Shown one piece after another: positions 26,793 through 36,565 of a stretch of DNA of 64,000 nt; the stretch's first letter is position 1; each line of letters opens with the position of its first letter. This stretch comes from an uncultured Lachnospiraceae bacterium. Lineage in GTDB: Bacteria; Bacillota; Clostridia; Lachnospirales; Lachnospiraceae. The notes under the pieces were generated by a model, which saw only the letters and a program-made list of their open reading frames with translations, searched no databases and had not been told where the DNA came from. The translations under genes were made by a program, and so were the position numbers. The stretch is from NCBI GenBank assembly GCA_950087855.1, contig CATNAD010000005.1:7816-71815 (forward strand), in the 5' to 3' direction.

Positions 26793-29700
26793 ATGAAAAA
26801 AATGAGGAAAAAAGGGAAACGGCTGCTGGCGTTGTTTTTGAGCCTGCTGACGGCCATGAGCGCCCTGCCCATGGTCGCACTTGCGTTTACGCCGCAGGAG
26901 GGGCAGACGGTTTACTCCTTTGATGGAGTCGAATATCAGGGATCTGATGGCCGGACTTATGCATTAGGCCCCCGCCATTATATCCTGTACGACGGGACGG
27001 GAAATGTGAGGGCAGAGTATTCGGAAGGCGGGGACCCTTACAAAAAGCACATGATCCGCAGTGCTGACGGCGGGGAACGCCATGTGTACTGTATTGAATC
27101 CGGGATTCCCTATGCGCCGGACGGGACCGGTTATGTTTCGCAGAACGGGGCCAATAGTAATTACTTCCAGCAGCTCCCGTATCCGGCTCAGTATGGAATC
27201 ATGCTGACCAGCGTTTATGGGTGGCAGCCCGGAAAGGCGGTCCCGGTCGCCGGCTGCAACGAGGACGACTACATGATTGCCACGCAGACGCTCCTTTGGG
27301 AATACCAGCAGCAGATCCGAACCAGTCCGTCCGATCTTCATGACAATGCCTACGGAGTGGAGGCGGGTGCCATCCTGCAGATGATCGACAGCCGCCCGGC
27401 CAGGAGGTGTTACGACTGGATGTTGGCTCAGATGGCAAAGCATACGACGATTCCCAGCTTTGCCGCCAGCCGCAGCAGCCAGGCGGCGGTTCATACTTTG
27501 AAGTATGATACAGCGGCAAAGAAATACACCCTGACCCTGGAAGATACGAACCATACGCTGAATGACCTGAGGTTTGTAAATGGGAATGGAATCACGGTGA
27601 CCAGGAATGGGGTCCGCTACACCTTTACCAGTGACCGGATGCTTCCGGACGCAGTCACGGTCACGGCGAAAAAGGACATCCCCGAAGTGAGGGATGACAT
27701 GCTGATATGGGGAGCCGGCGGCTGGCAGACCATGCTGTGCGGCTCTGAGGACCCGGTGGTGTTTTATCTCAAGCTCCGGACGGAGACCACGGGGATTGGC
27801 CGTATCGTGAAGCATTCCGAGGATGGGGTGGTGGAACAGGTCCGCTTTACGGTTTCCGGCAATGGGATTCAGGAGACGGTGGCCACGAAAGCGGACGGTA
27901 CGGTGGACCTGGAGCTTCATCCCGGCGTCTATGACGTGACAGAGCTTTCTGAGGAAAAATATGAGCCGCAGGAGGTACAGCGTGTGACCATCGTGAGCGG
28001 TGGTACGTCTACGGTGACCTTTGACAATACCTTGAAACGGGGAAGCCTTACGGTAACCAAGACCTGCGAGGACGGGCTGAGCGAAGGAATCCGGTTCCGC
28101 CTTTCCGGAACTTCCCTTTCCGGCCTTACGGTGGAGGAATATGCCGTGACGGACAGCCGGGGCATTGCAGAATTTAAGAATGTCTTGATTGGCTCCGGCT
28201 ATGTGCTGGAGGAAGTGGAGCCGGCTGTCCGCTACGTCGTCCCGGAAAAGCAGACGGCGGCCATTGAATGGAATCAGGTGACGAAGAAGTCTTTTCACAA
28301 CGTGTTAAAGAAATGGCAGCTCACGGTGAAAAAGAGTGACGGGGAGACCGGGACCGCACAGGGAGACGGGAGCCTTGCCGGGGCGGTTTACGGAATTTAT
28401 CAGAATGGGAAGCAGATTGACACTTATACCACAGATCAGGACGGAACCTTTACCACGAAGGTTTATCCTTGCGGGGAGGGATGGAGCTTAAAGGAAGAGG
28501 TTGCCAGCGAGGGCTATCTGGTGACGTCCGGAAGCACACCCATCGGGGCAGAGGCGGAACATTATACCGCAGAATATAACCGCCTTTCTTTGGAAGTGAC
28601 GGAACAGGTGCTGAAAGGGAGGATTGCCCTCATCAAGCACTGCGATGACGGAGAGACTCAGATTGAAACGCCGGAGGCGGGGGCTGAATTTGAAGTATAT
28701 CCTAAAAAATCAGGTTCCTACGGAGACGCAAAGGAGGCAGAACGGGATTTTCTCACTTGCGACGAAAATGGCTTTGCACAAACCAAGAACCTGCCGTATG
28801 GCATTTATACCGTAAAACAGACCAAGGGCTGGGACGGCAGGGAGCTGATGGACGCTTTCGACGTGTTTGTGAATCAGGACGGAGAGATTTTCCGCTTCCT
28901 GATCAACAATGCGCCCTTCCGGAGCCGGATTCAGGTCGTTAAGACGGACGCAGAGACCGGGAAGCCGATTCCCTATGCAGGGGCCGGGTTTCAGATTTTC
29001 CGGCCGGACGGGAGCCTGGTGGAGATGACCTACACCTACCCGGAGGTTACGAGGATTGATACGTTCTACACGACAGAAGAAGGAATGCTCATCACCCCGG
29101 AGCCATTGGAGTATGGAACCGGCTATACGTTAGTGGAGGTGTCTGCCCCTTATGGTTATGTGTTAAACAGCGATCCGGTTCCCTTTGACGTGACGGAGGA
29201 AGGGTCCTCTGAGGAAGGGGAGGTTACGGTTATCCGGGTGGAGCGGCCGAACCTGCCGCAGAAGGGGATCATCACGGTGAAGAAATCGGGGGAGGTGTTC
29301 GCTTCCGTCACTGTCATTGGCGGCGGAGCGGTAGATGAGGACGGGGCGGAGACGGTGTCTCCGACTGTGTACCAGCCGGTCTATGCAGAGCAGGGACTGG
29401 CAGGCGCTGTGTATGAGGTGTCTGCGGCTGAGGATATCGTCACACCGGACGGTACCCTCCGTTATGAAAAGGGGAAGGTGGTAGCCAGGCTTACAACGGA
29501 TGAAAGCGGAACCGCCATGACGGAGCCGTTATATTTGGGAACCTATGAGGTGCGGGAAATGGAAGCGCCGGATGGCTTTGTGTTAAACGGGGAGCCCTGC
29601 AGCGTGGAACTTTCCTATGCCGGGGAAGCAGTGGCGGTCACCGGGGCGGAGGCCGGATTCCACAATGAACGGCAGAAAGCAGAAATCAGCCTGGAAAAGG

Positions 29701-31229
29701 TTCTCGCTGAGGATGAGCGGTTTCAGATTGGGCTTCAGGATGAGATCCTCTCTGTGCAGTTTGGTTTGTTCGTGGCGGAGGAGTTAAAGGCGGCGGATGG
29801 CAGCGTGATTCCTGCAGATGGCCTCCTGGAGCTTGTGAACTGCTCGGAAGATGGAAGTGCCTCCTTCCGGACGGACCTCCCTGTGGGAGCCAGCTTGTAT
29901 GTAAAAGAGCTGCAGACAGATGACCATTATATCCTTTCCGGTGAGACGTACCCGGTCGTCTTTGATTATGCAGGGCAGGAGACGGCCCTGGTGGAGCTTC
30001 GGGTACAGGATGGGAGCGTAATTGAAAACGACCTGATTTATGGCCAGATCCGGGGATTAAAAACCGACCGGGAGACCGGAGAAACCATTGAGGGGGCATT
30101 GTTCGGCCTTTTTGGACCGGAGGAAGGGGAGTTTACGGAAGAGAGCGCCATCCTGACGGCCCGCTCCGACGGGGAAGGCGTGTTCCTGTTTTCGGATGTT
30201 CCTTTCGGGAGCTGGGTCATCCGGGAGCTTGCTCCCGCAGAAGGGTTCCTGCCCTGCACGGACCTTCACCATGTGCAGGTGGAGCGGGAGGGTCAGCTCG
30301 TTGAACTTTCTGCAGTGAATGACCGGGTGCCGGAGATCGGCACGAGGGCAGAGGTGGACGGAAAGAAAGAGATCTGTGCGACGGAAGTGTTCACGCTCAC
30401 GGACACCGTATCCTATGCCCATCTGATTCCGGGAAAGGAATATACGGTGACGGGTGTTCTGATGGACAAGGCTTCCGGAAAGCCCCTGGTTCTTTCCGGG
30501 TCGGAGATTCGGTCAGAAGTGCTGTTCGTCCCGGAGGAACCGTCCGGAGAGGTGCTGGTAGAGTTTTCGTTCGATTCCAGAAACCTTCGGGAGGATGTGG
30601 TACTCGTGGCTTTTGAGAGCCTGTCCCTGGAGGGAAAAGAGCTTGCCGTCCATGCGGATCTTTCGGACGAGGACCAGACGGTCCGGGTGAAGGCACCGAA
30701 AATCGGGACGGTTGCCACCGTGGATGGAAAGAAGGAAATCACCGCAGAGGGGACGGTAACGGTGGAGGATACGGTAACCTATGAGAACCTGACGCCGGGA
30801 AAGGAATATACCGTGAAAGGCGTCCTGATGGACAAAGGGACCGGGACGAAACTGGTGGTCGACGGAGAGGGGGTAGCTGCAGAAGCGACCTTCACACCGG
30901 ACAAAGAATCCGGGGAAGCGGCGGTGTCCTTTTCTTTTGATGTGGGCAATCTGACGAAGGACTTGGAGATTGTGGCTTTTGAGACGCTGTACCGGGACGG
31001 AAAAGAGATTGCGGCCCACGCAGACCTTTCTGATGAAAGCCAGACGGTGGCGGTCCGGGTTCCCAAGCGGCCGGAGACCCCGGAAAAACCCAGGACTCCG
31101 GATGTGCCGCTGACTGGCGATCAGGAGGCTCCCGGCTTCTGGCTGGGCCTTACGGCCATCGCCCTGGGAGGGCTGGCCGCCATCCTCATTCTTTATCTCC
31201 GGATGGAAAAGGACGAGGAGGGCGAATGA
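26793..31229 (+). CDS. Sortase-anchored surface adhesin: thioester (TQXA-type) domain + Cna-B/SpaA-like domains + VaFE repeats
   Basis: Signal peptide MKKMRKKGKRLLALFLSLLTAMSALPMVALA. The Cys of HVYCIESG (TGT 27090-27092) and the Gln of IATQTLLWE (CAG 27285-27287) fit a Cys-Gln thioester domain. There are many SpaA/Cna-B-like segments and two ~120-aa VaFE-type repeats (VAFESL, VAFETL). The C-terminus has VPLTG (31104-31118), a TM helix and a charged tail. Confidence 0.85.
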   Translation: MKKMRKKGKRLLALFLSLLTAMSALPMVALAFTPQEGQTVYSFDGVEYQGSDGRTYALGPRHYILYDGTGNVRAEYSEGGDPYKKHMIRSADGGERHVYCIESGIPYAPDGTGYVSQNGANSNYFQQLPYPAQYGIMLTSVYGWQPGKAVPVAGCNEDDYMIATQTLLWEYQQQIRTSPSDLHDNAYGVEAGAILQMIDSRPARRCYDWMLAQMAKHTTIPSFAASRSSQAAVHTLKYDTAAKKYTLTLEDTNHTLNDLRFVNGNGITVTRNGVRYTFTSDRMLPDAVTVTAKKDIPEVRDDMLIWGAGGWQTMLCGSEDPVVFYLKLRTETTGIGRIVKHSEDGVVEQVRFTVSGNGIQETVATKADGTVDLELHPGVYDVTELSEEKYEPQEVQRVTIVSGGTSTVTFDNTLKRGSLTVTKTCEDGLSEGIRFRLSGTSLSGLTVEEYAVTDSRGIAEFKNVLIGSGYVLEEVEPAVRYVVPEKQTAAIEWNQVTKKSFHNVLKKWQLTVKKSDGETGTAQGDGSLAGAVYGIYQNGKQIDTYTTDQDGTFTTKVYPCGEGWSLKEEVASEGYLVTSGSTPIGAEAEHYTAEYNRLSLEVTEQVLKGRIALIKHCDDGETQIETPEAGAEFEVYPKKSGSYGDAKEAERDFLTCDENGFAQTKNLPYGIYTVKQTKGWDGRELMDAFDVFVNQDGEIFRFLINNAPFRSRIQVVKTDAETGKPIPYAGAGFQIFRPDGSLVEMTYTYPEVTRIDTFYTTEEGMLITPEPLEYGTGYTLVEVSAPYGYVLNSDPVPFDVTEEGSSEEGEVTVIRVERPNLPQKGIITVKKSGEVFASVTVIGGGAVDEDGAETVSPTVYQPVYAEQGLAGAVYEVSAAEDIVTPDGTLRYEKGKVVARLTTDESGTAMTEPLYLGTYEVREMEAPDGFVLNGEPCSVELSYAGEAVAVTGAEAGFHNERQKAEISLEKVLAEDERFQIGLQDEILSVQFGLFVAEELKAADGSVIPADGLLELVNCSEDGSASFRTDLPVGASLYVKELQTDDHYILSGETYPVVFDYAGQETALVELRVQDGSVIENDLIYGQIRGLKTDRETGETIEGALFGLFGPEEGEFTEESAILTARSDGEGVFLFSDVPFGSWVIRELAPAEGFLPCTDLHHVQVEREGQLVELSAVNDRVPEIGTRAEVDGKKEICATEVFTLTDTVSYAHLIPGKEYTVTGVLMDKASGKPLVLSGSEIRSEVLFVPEEPSGEVLVEFSFDSRNLREDVVLVAFESLSLEGKELAVHADLSDEDQTVRVKAPKIGTVATVDGKKEITAEGTVTVEDTVTYENLTPGKEYTVKGVLMDKGTGTKLVVDGEGVAAEATFTPDKESGEAAVSFSFDVGNLTKDLEIVAFETLYRDGKEIAAHADLSDESQTVAVRVPKRPETPEKPRTPDVPLTGDQEAPGFWLGLTAIALGGLAAILILYLRMEKDEEGE

Positions 31230-31561
31230 GGAAACGGGTGTACGTCTGTGCTCCCCTGGGAGGGGACACGGAAGGAAATGTAAAACGGGCCATCCGGTAT
31301 GCCCGGTATGTGTTCGACTGCGGCGCTGTTCCGGTGGTGCCGCATTTTTACGCCCTGTGCCTGGATGACAGCATTCCGGAGGAGCGGGCGGTGGGCATGG
31401 AGGCGGGACGGAACCTCCTGGGGCTTTGCGACGAGCTGTGGATCTTTGGGGATGCCGTGACGGAAGGCATGGCCGGTGAGATCCGGCTTTGCCGGAGCCT
31501 GAATGGAAAAACCCGGAAAATCCGGGATGATGAGATTGACAAACGGATGGGAGAAAAATGA
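31226..31561 (+). CDS. DUF4406 / nucleoside 2-deoxyribosyltransferase-like small protein
   Basis: RVYVCAPLGGDTEGNVKRAIRYARYVFDCGAVPVVPHFY...CDELWIFGD fits the NDT-like Rossmannoid pattern (recollection). ATGA overlap with the adhesin stop. Confidence 0.5.
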   Translation: MRKRVYVCAPLGGDTEGNVKRAIRYARYVFDCGAVPVVPHFYALCLDDSIPEERAVGMEAGRNLLGLCDELWIFGDAVTEGMAGEIRLCRSLNGKTRKIRDDEIDKRMGEK

Positions 31562-31896
31562 TGAGGAAAAAGAAACGGAACAAGATCCTTCTGACTCTTG
31601 CGGAGGCTGTGTTTGTGTTTTGTGTTTCTGCCGTGCCGGTGTTTGCCTCCGGCGATGTGGCCGGGGCGATCCAGAGCACCTGGACGGCGGCGCAGTCGCA
31701 GATCCGGACTGTGGTGGACAACGTGGTATTTCCCGTGGTGGACATGATCCTGGCGGTCTTATTTTTCGTGAAGGTCGGCACGTCCTACTTTGATTACCGC
31801 AAGCACGGGCAGTTTGAGTTTGCGGCGCCCTGTATCCTGTTTGCGTGCCTGATCTTCACGCTGACGGCGCCGCTTTATATCTGGTCGATTTTGTGA
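31558..31896 (+). CDS. VirB2/TrbC-like (Maff2-like) small membrane protein
   Basis: 112 aa with a signal/TM segment (ILLTLAEAVFVFCVSAVPVFA) plus two further hydrophobic helices. It sits at the head of the T4SS block. Confidence 0.6.
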   Translation: MMRKKKRNKILLTLAEAVFVFCVSAVPVFASGDVAGAIQSTWTAAQSQIRTVVDNVVFPVVDMILAVLFFVKVGTSYFDYRKHGQFEFAAPCILFACLIFTLTAPLYIWSIL

Positions 31897-31951
31897 CCGG
31901 ACGGAAGAGGCCGCCCCGGAGGACCGGGGCGGCAGAAAGGAGGGACTGCAT

Positions 31952-32887
31952 GTGTTTGACTGGTTAGTGGACATCATTTCGGCTGTAGGGGACGCCATTG
32001 GGAGCCTTTTTGGATTTTTGGGAAGTGAGATTTCCAGCGCCATCTGGGACACCATGCTCCAGTGGTTCTATGAGACCATCTACGGCGCCGTGGCCGATTT
32101 TTTTACACGGATGGGAAACATGGGGGCGGACCTGTTTGGCCTTTCCTGGATTCGGGCAACCATCCGGCTGTTTACTTTGTTCGGGTGGTCGCTCTTTGCG
32201 GCAGGCGTGGTGGTCGCCGTGTTTGACGTGGCCATCGAGTATCAGAACGGGAGGGCCAATATCAAGACGACGGCCATCAATGTCCTGAAGGGCTTTTTCG
32301 CCTGTTCCCTGATCGGCCTTGTCCCGGTGGAGCTTTACAAGTTCTGTATCTCTTTACAGAACACCTTTTCCCATGACCTGGCGGCCATCTTTGCGGGTGG
32401 CAAAACGCTGAATCTTGCCGGAGAGAGTACGTCTGTGCTGGAAGGGACCTTTTCCATTGCCGGTGATGTGGCCTTCAGCCTGTTCAACATCCTGGCGCTG
32501 GTGGCTTTCGCCTATTGCGTGGTTAAGATTTTTTTCGCCAACATCAAGCGGGGAGGCATTCTGCTGGTCCAGATCGCAGTGGGGTCTCTCTACATGTTTT
32601 CTGTTCCGAGGGGCTACCAGGACGGCTTCAACCAGTGGATGAAGCAGATCGCTGCCTTATGCCTGACGGCGTTTCTGCAGACGACGCTTCTTTTCCTGGG
32701 GCTTCTCACCTTTCCGGGGAACATGCTGCTGGGGCTTGGCATTATGCTGGCGGCCAACGAGGTTCCGAGGATCGCCCAGCAGTTCGGGCTGGATTCCAGC
32801 GTGAGGGTGAACATGATGTCCGTGGTCCATGCCACCACCACGGCGGTCAACCTGACCAGAACCGTGGCGAGGGCCACGGGAAGATAG
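31952..32887 (+). CDS. VirB6/TrbL-like polytopic conjugal-transfer membrane protein
   Basis: 311 aa with 5-6 predicted TM helices, a GTG start with an AAGGAGGGA RBS, and a position between the VirB2-like and VirB3-like genes. Confidence 0.65.
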   Translation: MFDWLVDIISAVGDAIGSLFGFLGSEISSAIWDTMLQWFYETIYGAVADFFTRMGNMGADLFGLSWIRATIRLFTLFGWSLFAAGVVVAVFDVAIEYQNGRANIKTTAINVLKGFFACSLIGLVPVELYKFCISLQNTFSHDLAAIFAGGKTLNLAGESTSVLEGTFSIAGDVAFSLFNILALVAFAYCVVKIFFANIKRGGILLVQIAVGSLYMFSVPRGYQDGFNQWMKQIAALCLTAFLQTTLLFLGLLTFPGNMLLGLGIMLAANEVPRIAQQFGLDSSVRVNMMSVVHATTTAVNLTRTVARATGR

Positions 32888-32897
32888 GAAGGAGACG

Positions 32898-33161
32898 ATG
32901 ATGACACAATATATTTATCCGCAGAATCTGAGGGCGACGGCCAGCCTGTGGCTGTGGGGCTTGAAAGATTTTGCCATCCTGGGGGCGGCCGCCCTGCTCT
33001 CCATTGCCGCCCTGGTGCAGCTTCGGATGGTGGTCCCGGCCGCCGTCACGCTCTGTTACGGATTTCTGACCATCCGGCTGGACGATGTGACCATCCTGGA
33101 CTTTCTGCACTGTGCCGCGCGGTATTTCCTGACGGCCCAGCAGTGCTTTGAATGGAGGTGA
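32898..33161 (+). CDS. PrgI/VirB3-like small membrane protein
   Basis: 87 aa. YPQNLRATASLWLWGLKDFAILGAAALLSIAAL is typical of the PrgI family, and the gene lies immediately upstream of VirB4. Confidence 0.65.
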   Translation: MMTQYIYPQNLRATASLWLWGLKDFAILGAAALLSIAALVQLRMVVPAAVTLCYGFLTIRLDDVTILDFLHCAARYFLTAQQCFEWR

Positions 33162-33166
33162 CGGAC

Positions 33167-33781
33167 ATGGCTGGAAAAAAGGAGAAGCGGCAGAAAAAGA
33201 AACGGGGCCGCTCCCTGCAGGAGTTTCTTGGTATCCGTACCTTTACAAGATACGGGCTTTTGGTGGGAAAGGCAGAGCTGCTTTTTTACCAGGTTGCCCC
33301 GACCAACATCTCGGTGCTTTCCCATGCGAACATTGAGATTAAGATCCGCCATCTGATGATGCTACTCTCTGCAATCCCGGACATTGAGATCACCTGTACG
33401 GATTCCAGTGAATGCTTTGATGACAACAAGTCCTATCTGCGGGAGAGGCTCCTTGCGGAACGGAGTCCGGCAGTGCGGAAGCTGTTAAAGAAGGACGTGG
33501 ACTTTTTAGAGCATATCCAGATGGAGATGGCGACCGCAAGACAGTTCTTGTTTCTTGCGAGGCTTAAGGATCTCAAGGAAAAGCATGTGTTTGAGACAGC
33601 CAACCGTGTGGAAAAGGTGATCGCAGAGCAGGGGTTTGAAGTACACCGGATGAAAAAGGCGGAGATCAAACGGTTCCTGGCCCTCTACTTTGAGGCCGCC
33701 ATGAACGGGGATGCCATGCCGGATATCGACGGGGAGCAGTTTTATGAAGAAGATGAGGATGGGGAGGAAGAAGGATGTTGA
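33167..33781 (+). CDS. VirB4-associated N-terminal-domain-like protein (separate ORF)
   Basis: 205 aa with a basic N-terminus (KKEKRQKKKRGRS). Its stop overlaps the start of the VirB4 ATPase ORF (ATGTTGA). The two ORFs together are about the length of single-chain Firmicutes VirB4 proteins. Confidence 0.5.
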   Translation: MAGKKEKRQKKKRGRSLQEFLGIRTFTRYGLLVGKAELLFYQVAPTNISVLSHANIEIKIRHLMMLLSAIPDIEITCTDSSECFDDNKSYLRERLLAERSPAVRKLLKKDVDFLEHIQMEMATARQFLFLARLKDLKEKHVFETANRVEKVIAEQGFEVHRMKKAEIKRFLALYFEAAMNGDAMPDIDGEQFYEEDEDGEEEGC

Positions 33782-35607
33782 GACGCAGGCAGAGGGTGTT
33801 GACGCCGGGGCAGGTGGAGGAGATCCGCACCAAGGATTTTTTTGACATGGTCCTGCCCGGCGTGTTGAAGTTCCAGTCGGACCATTATATTTTGGGGGAC
33901 AGTTACCGGTGCGTGTGGGCGGTCCGGGAATATCCGCCTTCCACGGAGGAACAGGCGGTTCTTTCCCAACTGGCAGACCGGAGCGGTGTGACCCTGCGCA
34001 TTTACCACCGCCTGGTGGAGGCAAATGAGCAGCGGAAGATCATCCAGAATGCCACCCGCAGGAATCAGTTAAAGTCCGGAGGCACGGACATGAACGAGAC
34101 CATTGAGGCGGAAGGGAACCTGCAGGATGTGATTGAGCTTTTAGCGAACCTGAGAAAGAACCGGGAGCCGCTTCTCCACTGTGCGGTATTTATCGAGTTA
34201 AAAGGGGGAAGCCTGGATACGTTAAAGGAATTGCAGAGTGAGGTGGCCATGGAGCTGACCCGTGCCAAGGTATCCGTGGACCGGCTGACGCTCCGGCAGA
34301 AGGAAGGCTTTCTCTCTGTCCTGCCCATCGGGGCGAACCAGTTTGGCGCACAGTATGAGCGGGTACTTCCCGCTTCCAGCGTGGCGAACCTCTATCCCTT
34401 TAACTTTTCCGGAAAGACGGACCCGCAGGGGCTTTATATCGGCCGGGATAAATACGGCACGAACATCCTCGTGGACTTTGACCGGAGGGCCGAGGACAAG
34501 ACCACGGGGAACATCCTGATCCTTGGAAATTCCGGGCAGGGGAAGTCCTATCTCTTAAAACTGATCCTCACGAACCTCCGGGAATCGGGAAAGCGGGTGA
34601 TCTGCCTGGACCCGGAAGCAGAGTACGGGGAGTTGTGTGAGTCCCTCGGAGGCTGCTGCATTGATTTCCTTTCCGGGGAATACACCATCAATCCGCTGGA
34701 GCCGAAAGCGTGGAGCGACGGCATGGAAGGTGCAGAGGCGGCCGCTCCGGAGGCGTTTAAAAAGGCGACGAGGCTGTCCCAGCATATCGCTTTCTTAAAG
34801 GACTTCTTCCGGAGCTACAAGGATTTCACGGACACGCAGATCGATACCATTGAGATTCTGCTGTCCAAGCTCTATGCCAGGTTCGGCATTACGGACAGCA
34901 CGGATTACGGCGGGAAGAAGCCGTCGGATTTTCCGGTCATGGAGGATTTTTATAAGCTGTGTGAGGAGGAGTTCTACAGCTACGACAGAAAAAGGAAGTA
35001 CCTGTATACGGAAGAGACTCTGCAGGAGGTGTGCCTCGGCGTCCACTCCATGTGTGTGGGTGCGGAGAGCCGGTATTTCAATGGGCATACCAACCTGACC
35101 GACGGGGATTTTCTGGTGTTCGGTGTCAAGGGCCTCATGGACACCAACAAGCGGTTGAAGGATGCCATGCTCTTTAATATCCTGTCCTACATGTCCAACG
35201 AGCTTTTGGGGAAGGGGAACACGGCCGCCTCCATTGACGAGCTGTACCTGTTCCTCACCAACCCGACCGCCATCGAATACATCCGCAATGCCATGAAGCG
35301 GGTGCGGAAGAAGGAGTCCTCGATTCTCCTTGCGTCGCAGAACATCGAGGACTTCCTGATCCCGGACATCCGGGAGTTTACGAAGCCCCTGTTTTCCATC
35401 CCGACCCACCAGTTCCTGTTCAATGCCGGGCAGGTGAACCCGAAGGAATACATGGATGCCCTGCAGGTGGAGGCGAATGAGTTTGAGCTGATCCGCTATC
35501 CGGAACGGGGGACCTGCCTGTATCGCTGCGGCAATGAGCGGTATCTCCTTCAGGTGATCGCACCGGATTACAAGTCGGCGCTGTTCGGAAAGGCAGGCGG
35601 ACGATGA
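33775..35607 (+). CDS. VirB4-family conjugal transfer ATPase
   Basis: Walker A GNSGQGKSY and Walker-B-like AASIDELY. Overall resembles TcpF/Orf16-type VirB4 proteins. Confidence 0.85.
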   Translation: MLRRRQRVLTPGQVEEIRTKDFFDMVLPGVLKFQSDHYILGDSYRCVWAVREYPPSTEEQAVLSQLADRSGVTLRIYHRLVEANEQRKIIQNATRRNQLKSGGTDMNETIEAEGNLQDVIELLANLRKNREPLLHCAVFIELKGGSLDTLKELQSEVAMELTRAKVSVDRLTLRQKEGFLSVLPIGANQFGAQYERVLPASSVANLYPFNFSGKTDPQGLYIGRDKYGTNILVDFDRRAEDKTTGNILILGNSGQGKSYLLKLILTNLRESGKRVICLDPEAEYGELCESLGGCCIDFLSGEYTINPLEPKAWSDGMEGAEAAAPEAFKKATRLSQHIAFLKDFFRSYKDFTDTQIDTIEILLSKLYARFGITDSTDYGGKKPSDFPVMEDFYKLCEEEFYSYDRKRKYLYTEETLQEVCLGVHSMCVGAESRYFNGHTNLTDGDFLVFGVKGLMDTNKRLKDAMLFNILSYMSNELLGKGNTAASIDELYLFLTNPTAIEYIRNAMKRVRKKESSILLASQNIEDFLIPDIREFTKPLFSIPTHQFLFNAGQVNPKEYMDALQVEANEFELIRYPERGTCLYRCGNERYLLQVIAPDYKSALFGKAGGR

Positions 35608-36512
35608 GGGGGACTGTGGCCGCCGCTCTCAAGATGGCGGCCGCTTTCCGTCCGTTAAGGAGGAAAGCGGAGAAGATTCTCGTGGGTGTTGTGCTGGGGC
35701 TCATCATTCTCGTCATCATGCCGATCATTACCGTCACTTCCGTGTGCCGGGCGAGCTTTCGCAATAACAGCGACGAGATCCGGAAAGCGGTGATCGAAAG
35801 CCTTACGGAAGAACAGCGGGCCAGGCTGCAGTTCGTGGAGGACACCATGGAAGCCATCCGGAAGACCATGGCAGAAGCGGGACATTCGGCTGTGCAGGTG
35901 AAGGAGGCGCAGGTACTGGCTGTGCTGGTGCTGTCTGAGTATGCGGAAGAGGAAGGATTTGTGGAAACTTTGGCCGGCTGCTTCCATGAGGGACAGACGG
36001 ACGAAGAACTCACCGTCGCAGTCAATGGGGCCTTCGGGACTTCCTTTGCGGCGGCGGATTTTACGAAGCTCATGAGCGGGATCAACCGGCAGCTTGTGGA
36101 GGTTGCCAGAACCCAGCTTGGAAACGTGGGCGGGGAGCCTTACTGGAGCTGGTATGGCTTCGGGGGAAGGGTGGAGTGGTGCGCCTGTTTTGTCAGTTGG
36201 TGTGCGAACGAATGCGGGTACCTTGACCGGGGAATCGTCCCGAAGTTCTCCCTGTGTACGGACGGCGTGGACTGGTTCCGGTCGCAGGGGCAGTGGCTGG
36301 AAGGGACTGAGGAGCCGGCCGCTGGCATGATCATCTTTTATGACTGGGCCAGTGACGGGATGGATGGCCGGGCGGACCATGTGGGGATTGTGGAAAAGGT
36401 GGAGGGCGGGACCGTCTATACCATCGAGGGAAACGTAAACGACGACTGCCGGGCATGCAGTTATCCGGTGGGCCATCCGGAGATTTTAGGGTACGGAGTG
36501 CCGTCGCTCTAA
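35604..36512 (+). CDS. CHAP-domain peptidoglycan hydrolase (VirB1 analogue) with N-terminal TM anchor
   Basis: The TM helix VGVVLGLIILVIMPIITV is followed by the CHAP catalytic region WCACFVSWCANE...DHVGIV...YTIEGN. Confidence 0.85.
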   Translation: MRGTVAAALKMAAAFRPLRRKAEKILVGVVLGLIILVIMPIITVTSVCRASFRNNSDEIRKAVIESLTEEQRARLQFVEDTMEAIRKTMAEAGHSAVQVKEAQVLAVLVLSEYAEEEGFVETLAGCFHEGQTDEELTVAVNGAFGTSFAAADFTKLMSGINRQLVEVARTQLGNVGGEPYWSWYGFGGRVEWCACFVSWCANECGYLDRGIVPKFSLCTDGVDWFRSQGQWLEGTEEPAAGMIIFYDWASDGMDGRADHVGIVEKVEGGTVYTIEGNVNDDCRACSYPVGHPEILGYGVPSL

Positions 36513-36565
36513 AGGAATCCATCGGGGCCGGAACCTGCCTTGGCTGTTGGGAAAAGGAGGTAAGG

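Noticed and set aside
26964-31781. Minus-strand ORFs 26964-28298 (444 aa) and 30513-31781 (422 aa) antisense to the adhesin and following genes.
   Set aside because: The plus-strand adhesin frame is uninterrupted for 1478 codons with signal peptide, domain motifs and sorting signal. The antisense products are Arg/Pro/His-rich.
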